64,000 nt of DNA from Spirochaetota bacterium (GCA_016934935.1 JAFGRW010000050.1:811-64810); one strand, 5' to 3'; shown: positions 1-9,793, counted from the stretch's first letter. The notes: generated by a model from the sequence alone, not told the origin. Made by a program: numbers and translations.

Positions 1-209
1 GGTATCATGATTTAAAGAGCAGAGTTACCGCGGATTGTATATATGGTGCTGCCGGTGACAGCTTCATTTTATAGAAAGTCTCTGCAATTACAAAATTTGT
101 AACTGATCCGGTGTTTTAATCTGATCTGTTAAAGCTTACCGCATTGTTTTAATGTTTGTGTAAAAACGACATGAGTATCTTAAAAAGCTAAAAAGGGAGA
201 ACATATATA

Positions 210-1067
210 ATGAGAATTGTTGTAGTAAGTGGAAAAGGAGGGGCGGGTAAAACCACGTTTTCAGTAATACTGTCTATTTTGTTAAGTAAAGAGGTGGATA
301 TCGAGCTTATCGATTCTGATGTTGAAGAGCCGAATTCGAATCTTTTTCTGAACAGTGCTCTTGAATCGGCAAGTGTTTATAGAAAGATACCCCGTCTTAA
401 CAGCGAAATATGCACGGGATGTGGAAAATGTGCCGATATTTGCGCTTATAACTCTGTGGTTATGGTTAAGCAGAAGCCGCTTATTTTTACCGATCTTTGT
501 CACTCTTGCGGCGGTTGTGTTGAAGTGTGTCCGGTTAATGCTCTTACCGAAGCTGATGACAAATATGGCGAAATCGGCAGCGGGACTTCCGGAAACATGA
601 TGTTTAAAGAGGGTAGAATCGATGTCGGAAAGATTCAGTCCCCAATGCTGATAAAAGAACTTTTGGCTGATAAGAGTAGTGACAGGGTTCAGATCGTTGA
701 TGCGCCTCCCGGAACGGCTTGTAACACCGTACAGGCACTTTACGGGGCAGATTTCGCGCTGATAGTGGCCGAACCGACACCTTTTGGAACGAGTGATTTT
801 AAGCTGATTCACGAACTGACGCGTGTCATGAATATTGATAGTGCTGTTGTAGTTAACAAGGATGAAGGTTATTCAAAAGATTTTTATAAATTATGTGAAA
901 GTCTTGAAGTGCCTGTTCTGGCTGCAGTAGCTTTTGACGAAAAATTATCGCAATACTATTCAGTAGGAAATTTGAAAGGATATCTGGAAAATGAAGACAT
1001 AACCTCTTACAAAGGGGCTGTTGATGGTTTGAAGAGTCTGATAATGTCGGAGAAGAAAAATGGTTGA
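210..1067 (+). CDS. MinD/ParA-type P-loop ATPase with inserted 2x[4Fe-4S] ferredoxin domain
   Basis: N-terminal Walker A SGKGGAGKTT. Cluster motifs CTGCGKCADIC and CHSCGGCVEVCP. SD aagggaga precedes the ATG. 8-nt overlap with the next gene. Confidence 0.85.
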   Translation: MRIVVVSGKGGAGKTTFSVILSILLSKEVDIELIDSDVEEPNSNLFLNSALESASVYRKIPRLNSEICTGCGKCADICAYNSVVMVKQKPLIFTDLCHSCGGCVEVCPVNALTEADDKYGEIGSGTSGNMMFKEGRIDVGKIQSPMLIKELLADKSSDRVQIVDAPPGTACNTVQALYGADFALIVAEPTPFGTSDFKLIHELTRVMNIDSAVVVNKDEGYSKDFYKLCESLEVPVLAAVAFDEKLSQYYSVGNLKGYLENEDITSYKGAVDGLKSLIMSEKKNG

Positions 1068-1932
1068 TACAATTGCTGTTATAAGCGGGAAAGGAGGTAC
1101 CGGAAAATCTTCTTTAACCCGTGCTTTTTTTGAACTTGAAAAAAATGCCTATGCGGCTGACTGTGATGTTGACGGAGCCAACCTGTTTGTTTCGCTGGAT
1201 CACGATATAGTAGAGAGTGAAGACTTTATTGCCGGTTTTGATTATGAAATTGATGCTGAAAAGTGTGTGCATTGCTCGAAATGCGAAAAACTTTGCAGGT
1301 TTGGCGCCATAAAAGATTTTAAAATTGACTCATTTTTGTGTGAAGGTTGTAACGTATGCTATTATGTCTGCGGAAGTGAAGCGGTAAAAAAGAGCCCGAA
1401 AAATTGCGGTAAAATACATCGTGCAAAAAGCAATGCCGGTTTCTTTGTTTACGGAAGACTTGTAGCTGGTGAAGAAAATTCAGGTAAAATGGTCAGCCGG
1501 GTCAGGGAGATTTCAAAAAAACATGCCGAAGAGATTGGATCCGCAATGCTGATTATTGACGGACCTCCGGGAGTAGGCTGCCCGGTAATTGCTTCGGTTA
1601 CAGCTACAACCGGAGTTGTGATAGTAACAGAACCAACACTCTCCGGTTTGAGTGATCTTAAGCGGGCTGCTGGTCTTGTAACCGGTATGAATATCCCTGT
1701 TTCCATAGTTATAAACCGGGCAGATATTAATACTGAGATATGTGAGCAAATTGAGAAATTTGCAGCGGATAATGCTCTTTCATTTGCAGGCCGTATTAAC
1801 TATTCCGCCATTTTTAATGAATCACAGCGAGACAGGCGTTCTGTTGTAAGCTATGAAGAAAGCAGTGCTGCTGATGAGGTAAAAAAAGTATGGAAAAATA
1901 TTCGAAAGGATTTGTTAAAACAGGAGAAATAA
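1060..1932 (+). CDS. Second MinD/ParA-type ATPase with ferredoxin insert (paralogue of 210-1067)
   Basis: SGKGGTGKSS Walker A. CVHCSKCEKLC and CEGCNVCYYVC motifs. DGPPGVGCP. Confidence 0.85.
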   Translation: MVDTIAVISGKGGTGKSSLTRAFFELEKNAYAADCDVDGANLFVSLDHDIVESEDFIAGFDYEIDAEKCVHCSKCEKLCRFGAIKDFKIDSFLCEGCNVCYYVCGSEAVKKSPKNCGKIHRAKSNAGFFVYGRLVAGEENSGKMVSRVREISKKHAEEIGSAMLIIDGPPGVGCPVIASVTATTGVVIVTEPTLSGLSDLKRAAGLVTGMNIPVSIVINRADINTEICEQIEKFAADNALSFAGRINYSAIFNESQRDRRSVVSYEESSAADEVKKVWKNIRKDLLKQEK

Positions 1933-1933
1933 G

Positions 1934-2758
1934 GTGATTGATGAAAAACTAAAAGAGAACATGAGCGGTGTTGATCATAAAATTATTGTTATGTCGGGCA
2001 AAGGCGGTGTCGGCAAAAGTACAGTGGCCGTGAATCTGGCATTGTCTCTTGCCCAGAAAGGTTTCAAAACGGGACTTCTGGATGTCGATCTGCATGGCCC
2101 TTCGGTGCCTACATTGCTGGGTATGGAAGGTGAACATCATACCCAGGATGAATCGGGTAAGATCAGGCCTATAGATTACAATGAAAATCTCAAGGCTGTA
2201 TCGATAGGTTTTCTGATTGATAGCCGTTCAGACGCCATGATCTGGCGCGGACCAATGAAGCATAACGTAATTAAACAGTTTTTAACCGATGTAAGCTGGG
2301 GAGATCTGGATTTTCTTATTATAGATTCGCCTCCGGGAACCGGAGATGAGGTTCTTGCAGTTTGCCAGCTTATTGAAAACCCTGACGGAGCAGTCATCGT
2401 AACCACTCCGCAGGATCTGGCGCTGGTTGATGTGGCAAAATCGGTTACTTTTTGTGAAAAACTGAATATACCACGCCTGGGAGTAATTGAAAATATGAGC
2501 GGTTTCTGGTGCCCGCATTGTGGAAAGGTTTCCGATCTTTTTAAACGGGGCGGTGGTAAAAAAATCTCCGAGATAAGTTCAATACCTTTTCTTGGGGAAA
2601 TTCCGATATCTCTTGCTGTATCAGAGGGTGGGGACAGTGGAAAACCGTTTTCACTTTCCGGTGATTCATCGGATGAGGCTGCTTCAGGGTTTAAAAACGC
2701 GGTGGACAGATTAATGCAAAACCACTTTGCTGATAAAAAAACAAAAGTCATAAATTAA
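1934..2758 (+). CDS. mrp: Mrp/NBP35/ApbC-family Fe-S cluster carrier ATPase
   Basis: SGKGGVGKST, DSPPGTGDE and CPHCG motifs. GTG start lies 7 nt after aggaga; an ATG alternative is at 1961. Confidence 0.85.
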   Translation: MIDEKLKENMSGVDHKIIVMSGKGGVGKSTVAVNLALSLAQKGFKTGLLDVDLHGPSVPTLLGMEGEHHTQDESGKIRPIDYNENLKAVSIGFLIDSRSDAMIWRGPMKHNVIKQFLTDVSWGDLDFLIIDSPPGTGDEVLAVCQLIENPDGAVIVTTPQDLALVDVAKSVTFCEKLNIPRLGVIENMSGFWCPHCGKVSDLFKRGGGKKISEISSIPFLGEIPISLAVSEGGDSGKPFSLSGDSSDEAASGFKNAVDRLMQNHFADKKTKVIN

Positions 2759-2820
2759 AAAATTTATTTATGAATTAGTCTTTAAATAATACTATAAGAA
2801 AATGTTTTAAGGAGATATTT

Positions 2821-3159
2821 ATGAAAATTGCAATACCTTGTGTAGAAGATACACTGTCCCTTCATTTTGGGCACTGTGCCTATTTCTCTTTTGTAACAGT
2901 GGATGACGCGACAAAGAAAATTACAGACGAAAAAAGAGAAGATGCTCCGCCTCATGAGCCGGGTCTTTTGCCGAAGTGGGTAAAAGATCGTGAAGCCGAT
3001 ATGGTAATTTGCGGAGGAATGGGACAGAGGGCACAGCAGTTGTTTATTTCACAGGGAATCAAAGTTATGGTTGGTGCTCCATCCGAAACACCGAAACAGA
3101 TTGTACAGTCATATCTTGACGGAACACTTGTAACAGGTGTAAACGGATGTGACCACTAG
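2821..3159 (+). CDS. NifX/NifB-C-terminal-like (FeMo-cofactor-binding family) small protein
   Basis: 112 aa starting MKIAIP....HFGHC.YF, typical of the family. SD aaggaga. From about codon 36 onward it is duplicated at 33681-33915. Confidence 0.8.
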   Translation: MKIAIPCVEDTLSLHFGHCAYFSFVTVDDATKKITDEKREDAPPHEPGLLPKWVKDREADMVICGGMGQRAQQLFISQGIKVMVGAPSETPKQIVQSYLDGTLVTGVNGCDH

Positions 3160-3256
3160 ATACTGCCGTGAATAACCTGAATTGCCTACCGTGGCTCAAT
3201 CCGCATGATAGAAAACATGCCGGTTGTTTTATTAAAGGTTTTTATAAAGAGTAGCG

Positions 3257-3460
3257 GTTTAAGAAGTTCCCCTGATAAAAAAAGCAGTCCGGTTTTGCCG
3301 GACTGTTATTATTATCTACACGACTTATCAAATGAGAGGCAACAAGAGAGAGGGCAGAATAGCTGGGCGGCTATTCTGCCCTCTCTGCATGTTTGGACGC
3401 GCAGTGCAGGGAACAGTAATGTCTATCGGGAGGGATATTACAGACTGTTCCCTTCAATTA
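3257..3460. repeat. Hairpin-rich conserved element of ~204 nt, copy 1 (candidate sRNA or recombination site)
   Basis: 8 mismatches and 1 indel versus 34028-34230, and only 1 mismatch in the last 120 nt. Hairpins at 3285-3305, at 3347-3386 (16-bp perfect stem) and at 3408-3453. Confidence 0.6.
3277..3315. terminator. Bidirectional rho-independent terminator hairpin
   Basis: A7-CAGTCCGG-ttttg-CCGGACTG-TTATTATTAT, which gives a T7 tract on the minus strand. It lies downstream of the NifX-like gene (+) and of the long minus-strand operon. Confidence 0.7.
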
Positions 3461-3596
3461 GGTAGAGGCTTTAAGAACTTTATCCAGAGGCTGGACTTTG
3501 TGTGACTCAGGTTGAAGATATTTTATCATTTATTATAAATTAAGGATTAAACAGGTCAGAAGTGAAATCTTCGCAGCTGAGAACTCTGTCCGTAAT

Positions 3597-6500
3597 TTAA
3601 AGATTTTCATAAGTCACAGTATGGTTGATCTTTAATCCAAATATCCGGATGATAACTAATCCGCATATTATAATAATCCCGTAAATCTGGAGTATCGGTA
3701 TCAATGCCGAATGTATATTTCCGGTTGCAAGCAGCGGATAGAGAACCGGAAGAACAGAAACAAGTGAAATAATAGCGGATATAAACAGTAGCCGTGAGTA
3801 GTGAATAAAGTGAACATGCTTTAGAGCCATCTGTGAAAATCCAAGAGAGCGCATCAGTATAATTCGCCTGCTATCATCGTTATTTCCGGAACGGATAAGA
3901 AGCGCAAGCCCGGCAAGTCCCAGCAAGAGAGCCAGAGTCGAAAGTGTCTGAAAAATTCGCAGATAGGTGTTTTGCAGATGCATAAACTCTCTGAGTGTTT
4001 CGGTACTTGGGCGCACATGGGCTCCCCAATCGTTAAAGAGTCTTTGCAGAAGCCGCCTCTCTTCGGCTGATCCTCCGGTACCTGCAAGAAATATACCCGC
4101 GCCGGATGGGCTGTTAAAATTGGAGTAAAGCAGCTTGTGATCCATATATATCCGTCCCTGAAGACAGGTGTCATTTGCCAGTGCTGTTAATACTACGCGC
4201 CGTTTTTTTCCGTCTTTACCCCGGTATATTAACGTGTTGTTCAGATTTTTTTTAAGCCCCCACTGAAGTACAGAGGCGTCTATTGCGGCCGGAATTGCTC
4301 CGTCGTCACGCAGGTTGGCAAGCGTCTTCCATTTAAGTTTTTTTCCGTCGCCGTCACTCAATGTAAAGATATCTTCAGCATCCATAAGTTTGGTGTCAAC
4401 TCCAAGGATGCCGGGTGTATCCAGGGCGTTTAAGTTCAGACAGTTAGCGCTCTCTTCACCAAAGACTGTAAAGGGAATCATTTTCTCTTCGCGATCAGGG
4501 ATTCTGTCGGCAGGAACAGGTATATTTGTGTTAATTATAAAGTGTTTGCCTCCGGTTGGAGAACTGCTCTGTTCTGGATCAAAGGTTATCACCAGTCTGT
4601 TAGCTGAAACAGCAGTAACAATAAAAAAAGATATTGTCAGTACAACTATTACAGCACGGTCGCGCGGTTCACGACAAAGAAAAGAGAGTGCCGCCGCTGT
4701 AGCAAGTGAGAGCAGAAGGAGAAGACCGGAAATAAAAAAAAGTGTACTTTGCAGGGATTGGTAGGTGAGTGCTGTAAAAAAGAGAATTGCCGCTGCAACA
4801 AAAAGTAATATGGATAATAAAAAGAGTATCCGGGTATTACGTTTAGAGACGGTGGGAACGGGCAGATTGATATCCCTCATGCTGAAGTTTATCAGCCGTT
4901 TTTTTATGACAATGGCCGAAAGCAGCAGCACCGGAACGCTTCCCGCTATAAAGGAGGCCGGAACGATCCATGGCGCTATAAAAAGATAGAGGGCATCCGT
5001 GTTGACTGCTCCGTACCAGATGCTTCTCAGTAATGAAAGCAGAATGCGCACAAGGAAGATCCCGAAAAGGCTCCCGGTAATGCTTGAAATTAATACCGGT
5101 AAAAGTATCTCCCGCGTGTAAAGTTTTCGCAGCTTTGTAACGCTGTATCCTGTTGTACGCAGCAGTCCGGCTTCACCTTTTCGCGCGTTAATAAACTGAA
5201 TGGCAAGAACAGCGTGAATAAAAAGCAGAGCTGCTATCAGAAAAAAACTCATAGAGAGAAAGAGCATGGCAAAGTCAACCGATCCGCGCGAAGCCTTAAC
5301 AAGCTCCTCTCGTATTGGTGTTACTGCTATTCCGGCGTCGTCAATCGAAACATGATTTGAAAATTCATTTCTGACCATTGCAGAAGTTATTGTCTTTTCA
5401 AAACGTATAAGAACCGGATCCGGCGATATTGTTTTCGCTGCCCCGGTGTTAAGTATGATATGAGGCCGTTTGCCGTGACGTTCCCAATCCTCTTCGATAG
5501 CCGGTGTTATTTGTGAAAAATCAATAGGTAACGAGCTATCCCAATCACGACAGCTTGCACCCTCATCAAGACCGGGAAAGTCAGGTATGTCGCTGCTTCG
5601 TTTAAGAAAGAGTGCTTCGTTACCGATAGAATCGATAATAACAGGATACTCTCCTATTGTCAGTTTCCCGTCGTCTTCGGAAAACTTGTAGTATTTCAGA
5701 ATTATGGTGTCACCGGGTTTGGCCCCTGTAGTTTGCGCGAGAAGCGGCGAAATTATATTCTGCTTATCCGGTGAAGAGACAAAGAAGAGATAAAATCTTG
5801 AGCCCGCTTTTGCCTCCGCGCTGTGCAGAAACGAAGCGTGAACGTGCTCAGAGTCAAGTGAAGATAGCGCCTTCTGTATGTATGATGGAATAAAATGGGC
5901 GTCGCTTGTTAACACAACGTGTTTGCTGTCATCTTCATGCAGTTTGAGCCCCGGATCTTCGAGTGACAGAATATCCGGCGGAAACTGGAACGATTCATTG
6001 TCTGATCGAATAAGGACTCTGTTAGCACGTCCGGGAATACGCGCGATTTGCCCAAGCTCATCCCTGTTTGCGAAAATTAATCGGGACGGTCGCTGTGTTA
6101 TCTCTGTTTGAAATGAGGCTATAGAGGATTCTTCCAGAATACGACTGACGGTAAACTCCCTGTCAGAATAGCCGTGAATACCACGGGCTGCAGGTTCTAC
6201 TATTTCACCAGTTGATATATGTGCAATTCTAAGCGTTAGCGGATCACCGGGCTTGACATCAAGATAGTCGGCTGCCATTTTGTTAAGCCATAGTTCACCC
6301 TCATCCGGGGAGTCACCGGGAGTTTTGTCGTCAGAAAAAAAAGAAAGAAAGTATGTGTCAATACCGGTTACCGAAAGTGGTGAGTCCGGGTTTTGAATAC
6401 CCGATGCCGATATCAGCGGCAGTTGCAGATATGCTGCTGCCTCTATATTGCTATCGCTGATGATACGCTTTTCAAGATCATTTATAAACGGTGTTTGCGA

Positions 6501-6686
6501 AATTATTAGATGAGTTGCCTTGCCGATTTTATTGAGGTTGTATGCCTTAATACTTTCGCGGACTGAGTGTCCCACCAGTAAATTGGCACAGATCAATGCC
6601 GAAGCAAGAAACCCGGCAATGCCAAGAAGAGTCAGGCGGTTTCTGTAATAGCGTCTTGAGGCTCTTGTAAAACGGGCTCTATCCAT
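3597..6686 (-). CDS. Large ABC permease with two FtsX-type TM modules and two large extracytoplasmic domains (MacB/LolCE-like)
   Basis: N-terminal TM, a soluble region of about 430 aa, a TM cluster, a second soluble region, then a C-terminal TM cluster. ATG 6686 overlaps the TGA of the upstream ATPase gene (TGATG); TTG 6689 is an alternative start. Confidence 0.75.
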   Translation of the reverse strand: MDRARFTRASRRYYRNRLTLLGIAGFLASALICANLLVGHSVRESIKAYNLNKIGKATHLIISQTPFINDLEKRIISDSNIEAAAYLQLPLISASGIQNPDSPLSVTGIDTYFLSFFSDDKTPGDSPDEGELWLNKMAADYLDVKPGDPLTLRIAHISTGEIVEPAARGIHGYSDREFTVSRILEESSIASFQTEITQRPSRLIFANRDELGQIARIPGRANRVLIRSDNESFQFPPDILSLEDPGLKLHEDDSKHVVLTSDAHFIPSYIQKALSSLDSEHVHASFLHSAEAKAGSRFYLFFVSSPDKQNIISPLLAQTTGAKPGDTIILKYYKFSEDDGKLTIGEYPVIIDSIGNEALFLKRSSDIPDFPGLDEGASCRDWDSSLPIDFSQITPAIEEDWERHGKRPHIILNTGAAKTISPDPVLIRFEKTITSAMVRNEFSNHVSIDDAGIAVTPIREELVKASRGSVDFAMLFLSMSFFLIAALLFIHAVLAIQFINARKGEAGLLRTTGYSVTKLRKLYTREILLPVLISSITGSLFGIFLVRILLSLLRSIWYGAVNTDALYLFIAPWIVPASFIAGSVPVLLLSAIVIKKRLINFSMRDINLPVPTVSKRNTRILFLLSILLFVAAAILFFTALTYQSLQSTLFFISGLLLLLSLATAAALSFLCREPRDRAVIVVLTISFFIVTAVSANRLVITFDPEQSSSPTGGKHFIINTNIPVPADRIPDREEKMIPFTVFGEESANCLNLNALDTPGILGVDTKLMDAEDIFTLSDGDGKKLKWKTLANLRDDGAIPAAIDASVLQWGLKKNLNNTLIYRGKDGKKRRVVLTALANDTCLQGRIYMDHKLLYSNFNSPSGAGIFLAGTGGSAEERRLLQRLFNDWGAHVRPSTETLREFMHLQNTYLRIFQTLSTLALLLGLAGLALLIRSGNNDDSRRIILMRSLGFSQMALKHVHFIHYSRLLFISAIISLVSVLPVLYPLLATGNIHSALIPILQIYGIIIICGLVIIRIFGLKINHTVTYENL

Positions 6687-8671
6687 CAACGAATCCTCCC
6701 GTCTAAAAGCTCTATGGTTCGATCCATAAGTGATGCCATCTCCTTCTCATGTGTCACCATCAAGAGAGAGCTTTTATGCTCCTTTGCCAGTTTTTTAAGC
6801 AGGTTAAGCACGGTTATACTGTTGTCGCTGTCAAGCGATCCCGTCGGTTCATCCGCGAGTATCAGTTTAGGCCGATTTATCAATGCCCGGGCGACGGCTG
6901 TGCGTTGCCGTTCTCCTGTTGAAAGCTCTCCGGGATAATGGGTAATCCTCGCGCTCAGGCCGACCTCGTCGATTAGTTCGTGCGCGCGTTCTTTTTGTTG
7001 CGCGTCTGGTTTTTTCATATCGGGAGCCATGGCCGGTAGCAGAACGTTTTCCATAAGGGTCAGTTGCGGTAGCAGAAGATGCTCCTGAAAAACAATGCCA
7101 AGCTCTGTTGCTCTGAAACGGTCACACTGTTCTGCTGTCCACGCGGCAGTATCGTCACGCAGAAAAGTTACTGATCCGTTGTCGGGGCGGTCGAGCAGGG
7201 CGCAGAGCATAAGCAGTGTTGTCTTGCCGCTGCCTGAGGGTCCGCAAAGGGCGACACATTCACCCTCGTCAATTTTGAATGAGACGCCTTTCAGCACATC
7301 AGCAAGTACAAGACCGTCCCTGTTTTTAAATGAACGATGCAGATCATTTATTTCAAGAACTCTCCGTCTTTTATTATGCAGCGGTTTTACAAGCGTAAGA
7401 AGTTTTTCTGCTGCTGTGTTATGCGAAAAATTTGTCCCGGCTCGTTTTCGAGCCGCCTCTGAAAGTTTTTGCGCGTAGGCCGGGTCACCAAGAAGTGTGT
7501 CGAGTGCGTCAGTCAGGGCAGAGACATTCTGCGGTGTATAGAGCAGTCCTGATCTGTCTGTATCCCCTATAATTTCACTAAAGGCTCCTATGTCCGGTTC
7601 CACAACGGGTATACCGCGTGCCATCGCTTCAAGAAGATAATATCCGAATGCTGTTGGCTCTTTTTGTGGAACGCATAGCAGTGTCATGCCCTCAAAAAAG
7701 GAGTCGCGCTGACTGCTGGTAATGTTTGGATACAGTTCGACCTCGCCGGTCGTTATGTGCGGAGCAAGAATCCTGCGAAGCCGGAGCACGTATGGGCGGT
7801 CATCACCGTTATAGCCTCCGCCGATACGCAGTCGAAGATTCTTGTACCTTTTTTTAAGTGTAAGCCACGCTTCAACAAGTTTATGCGGCGCGCCATCTTC
7901 GCATATACGTGAAAGATATCCTATTACCGGAGCATCACTTGTAACAGTTGCTGTTACCGGGCACGCCGGAACATCAATTGCCGGATATAAAACCGGAAGC
8001 TTCTCCTGTGCAAGCGGGAGCCTGTTCAGCATATAATCCCGATAATAGTTACTGACCGGTAAAAAAAGATCTACCATACGGGACTGGCTTTTTAATAGTT
8101 CCCAGGCCGTGTGTCTCCAGGGGGCGCGCATGCTGTCAAGCCAGGTATGCTCATCCTGTAAAAAGCAGACAAGCCGCGCGGCCGGATAGCGTTTTACCAG
8201 ATCAGAGCCAAGCCCGATAAGAAGCGCGTTTGAAAGAAGAATGGTGTCGGGAGAGTAGTTGTCCAGAAGGCCATGGAAATGCTCCTTCTCTTCCTGCTGC
8301 ATCAGCAGAGAGCCGCTCATCATCTGCAGCGTCATCTTTTCGAGTCCCCGCGATCGTGTACTTGCTGAAAGATGCGCGGCAATTTTAAGAAATGGGTGTG
8401 TATCAAGAATGCGGCTGATAAATGGCGCGTGTCTTCGCAGCCAGGGAATTTTGCTGCGAAGGCTCATCGAGACTGCTCCGCAAACAAGCAGCTCTTCACC
8501 TTCCAGGCGTTCGCCGTCATTAAAAAGAGGCATGTAGAGAGGAACGATCATTACCTGTGCTCCGGCATTTCGAAGCGCGCGGACGAGTGGTCTGTCGCGC
8601 AGGCAGTTTTCACAATAAAAGGCGCCGCCTGAACCGGGTATCAAATATACTATTTTTTGGTCTCTATTCAT
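6686..8671 (-). CDS. Fusion protein: N-terminal GT4/GT1-type glycosyltransferase plus C-terminal ABC ATP-binding domain (LolD/MacB-like)
   Basis: GT-B motif EPTAFGYYLLEAMARGIPVV. This is followed by Walker A GPSGSGKTTLL, signature LSTGERQR, Walker B LILADEPTGSLD and H-loop VTHE, all in a single 661-codon ORF. Confidence 0.8.
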   Translation of the reverse strand: MNRDQKIVYLIPGSGGAFYCENCLRDRPLVRALRNAGAQVMIVPLYMPLFNDGERLEGEELLVCGAVSMSLRSKIPWLRRHAPFISRILDTHPFLKIAAHLSASTRSRGLEKMTLQMMSGSLLMQQEEKEHFHGLLDNYSPDTILLSNALLIGLGSDLVKRYPAARLVCFLQDEHTWLDSMRAPWRHTAWELLKSQSRMVDLFLPVSNYYRDYMLNRLPLAQEKLPVLYPAIDVPACPVTATVTSDAPVIGYLSRICEDGAPHKLVEAWLTLKKRYKNLRLRIGGGYNGDDRPYVLRLRRILAPHITTGEVELYPNITSSQRDSFFEGMTLLCVPQKEPTAFGYYLLEAMARGIPVVEPDIGAFSEIIGDTDRSGLLYTPQNVSALTDALDTLLGDPAYAQKLSEAARKRAGTNFSHNTAAEKLLTLVKPLHNKRRRVLEINDLHRSFKNRDGLVLADVLKGVSFKIDEGECVALCGPSGSGKTTLLMLCALLDRPDNGSVTFLRDDTAAWTAEQCDRFRATELGIVFQEHLLLPQLTLMENVLLPAMAPDMKKPDAQQKERAHELIDEVGLSARITHYPGELSTGERQRTAVARALINRPKLILADEPTGSLDSDNSITVLNLLKKLAKEHKSSLLMVTHEKEMASLMDRTIELLDGRIR

Positions 8672-8695
8672 ATTTTCCTCTGTTTATGCCCTTAG

Positions 8696-9793
8696 CTATT
8701 TTTTAACAACTTCCAGAATATGAACACGACCAGCAGCGTTGCCAACGGCAATAAGGTTTTGGTGTATCGCGGCACCGAGCGAGGGCAGTGCACCAAGGTT
8801 GTACGATGCTATTTCGCGGCCGGTCTCTCGATCAATCAGCATAATTGCGCCCGAAGCGTTCGCGCTTATGATACCTTCGTCGATATTCACTGTTTCAAAG
8901 TCAATCGCGCTGCCGCTTTCAAAACGCCAATTCAATTTGCCGTCTTTTGCGTCAAAGGAGTAGATGCGTCCGCGTTGATCGGCGCTGATTACAGCTCCAT
9001 TTGTGTAAAGAACCGGCGCGCGGACCGGCGCGCTCATATCGGGTATAATGCTCCATCGGAAACCTTCACCGGGAACATATGCGCTTATATGTCCCTCATA
9101 GCCGGCGAAGTAGATTGTTCCTGTTTCGTCTGTTGCAGGAGTTGATGGAATATATGAACGCACAGTTGCCGAATCGATAAGCGTGCCGTCTGCACGTTTT
9201 AGTATGTAGAGCGTCGCGTCACACGATCCAAAGACTACTGTTTCGCCTATGATTACCGCTCGTCCGTTTATAAAGCTCTTTGGTGAAAAGGTCCAGATTG
9301 TTTCAAGACTGTGCCGGTCTATTTTAAAAAATTTGTTTTCGTAATTACCGGCATAGATTGCCTGCTTGCCGGGATCCATTGTAAGGCCGCCCTGTATCTG
9401 TCCAAGACCAGCTCTCTCTTTTAAAAGTGAGCCGTCCATTGCGTTTATCGCGAGAAGTACACCTTCGAGTGAGGCAATGTACAGTGTCTCGCCAACAAGC
9501 AGCATTGATGCCTCGAAGGATAGCTCGCGCGAGTATTGCCACACTTTTTTTGCGTCGGGGAAAGTGAACGCTGTAATCTCTCCCTCTCCGGTGGCGACAA
9601 AAAGATATGTTAAGTCGCCTGCTTTTTTTATAAGCGGCGGAGCTGTTACCGATGAAGAGAGTTTTACACTGTTGCGCAGTCGAATCACCGTTTTTTTTTC
9701 GCTCTCATTTTGACGGCTGCATGCAGTTGTAATTAATATCATCAGTAAAAAAACAATTATGCATGGATGACAATTTATTTGTTTTCTACTCAT
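8696..9793 (-). CDS. PQQ-like/BamB-like beta-propeller repeat lipoprotein (P1)
   Basis: Signal peptide with lipobox-like ITTAC. Repeated blade pattern (G.LY....DG.L.A.....G...W). 8-nt overlap with the upstream gene. Confidence 0.7.
   Translation of the reverse strand: MSRKQINCHPCIIVFLLMILITTACSRQNESEKKTVIRLRNSVKLSSSVTAPPLIKKAGDLTYLFVATGEGEITAFTFPDAKKVWQYSRELSFEASMLLVGETLYIASLEGVLLAINAMDGSLLKERAGLGQIQGGLTMDPGKQAIYAGNYENKFFKIDRHSLETIWTFSPKSFINGRAVIIGETVVFGSCDATLYILKRADGTLIDSATVRSYIPSTPATDETGTIYFAGYEGHISAYVPGEGFRWSIIPDMSAPVRAPVLYTNGAVISADQRGRIYSFDAKDGKLNWRFESGSAIDFETVNIDEGIISANASGAIMLIDRETGREIASYNLGALPSLGAAIHQNLIAVGNAAGRVHILEVVKK

Larger units (their letters stand above)
2925..3460 (+). repeat. 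Left copy of the island-flanking direct repeat (NifX-like 3' part plus downstream element)
   Basis: Hand alignment to 33681-34230. The coding part differs at 29/231 nt, about 100 nt after the stop is unalignable, and the last ~204 nt is near-identical. Confidence 0.85.

Noticed and set aside
3205-3465. The 86-aa ORF across the conserved element, and its counterpart at 33973-34242.
   Set aside because: The two copies of the near-identical DNA are read in different frames by the two ORFs and end differently. The conservation is therefore at the nucleotide or structure level, not the coding level.
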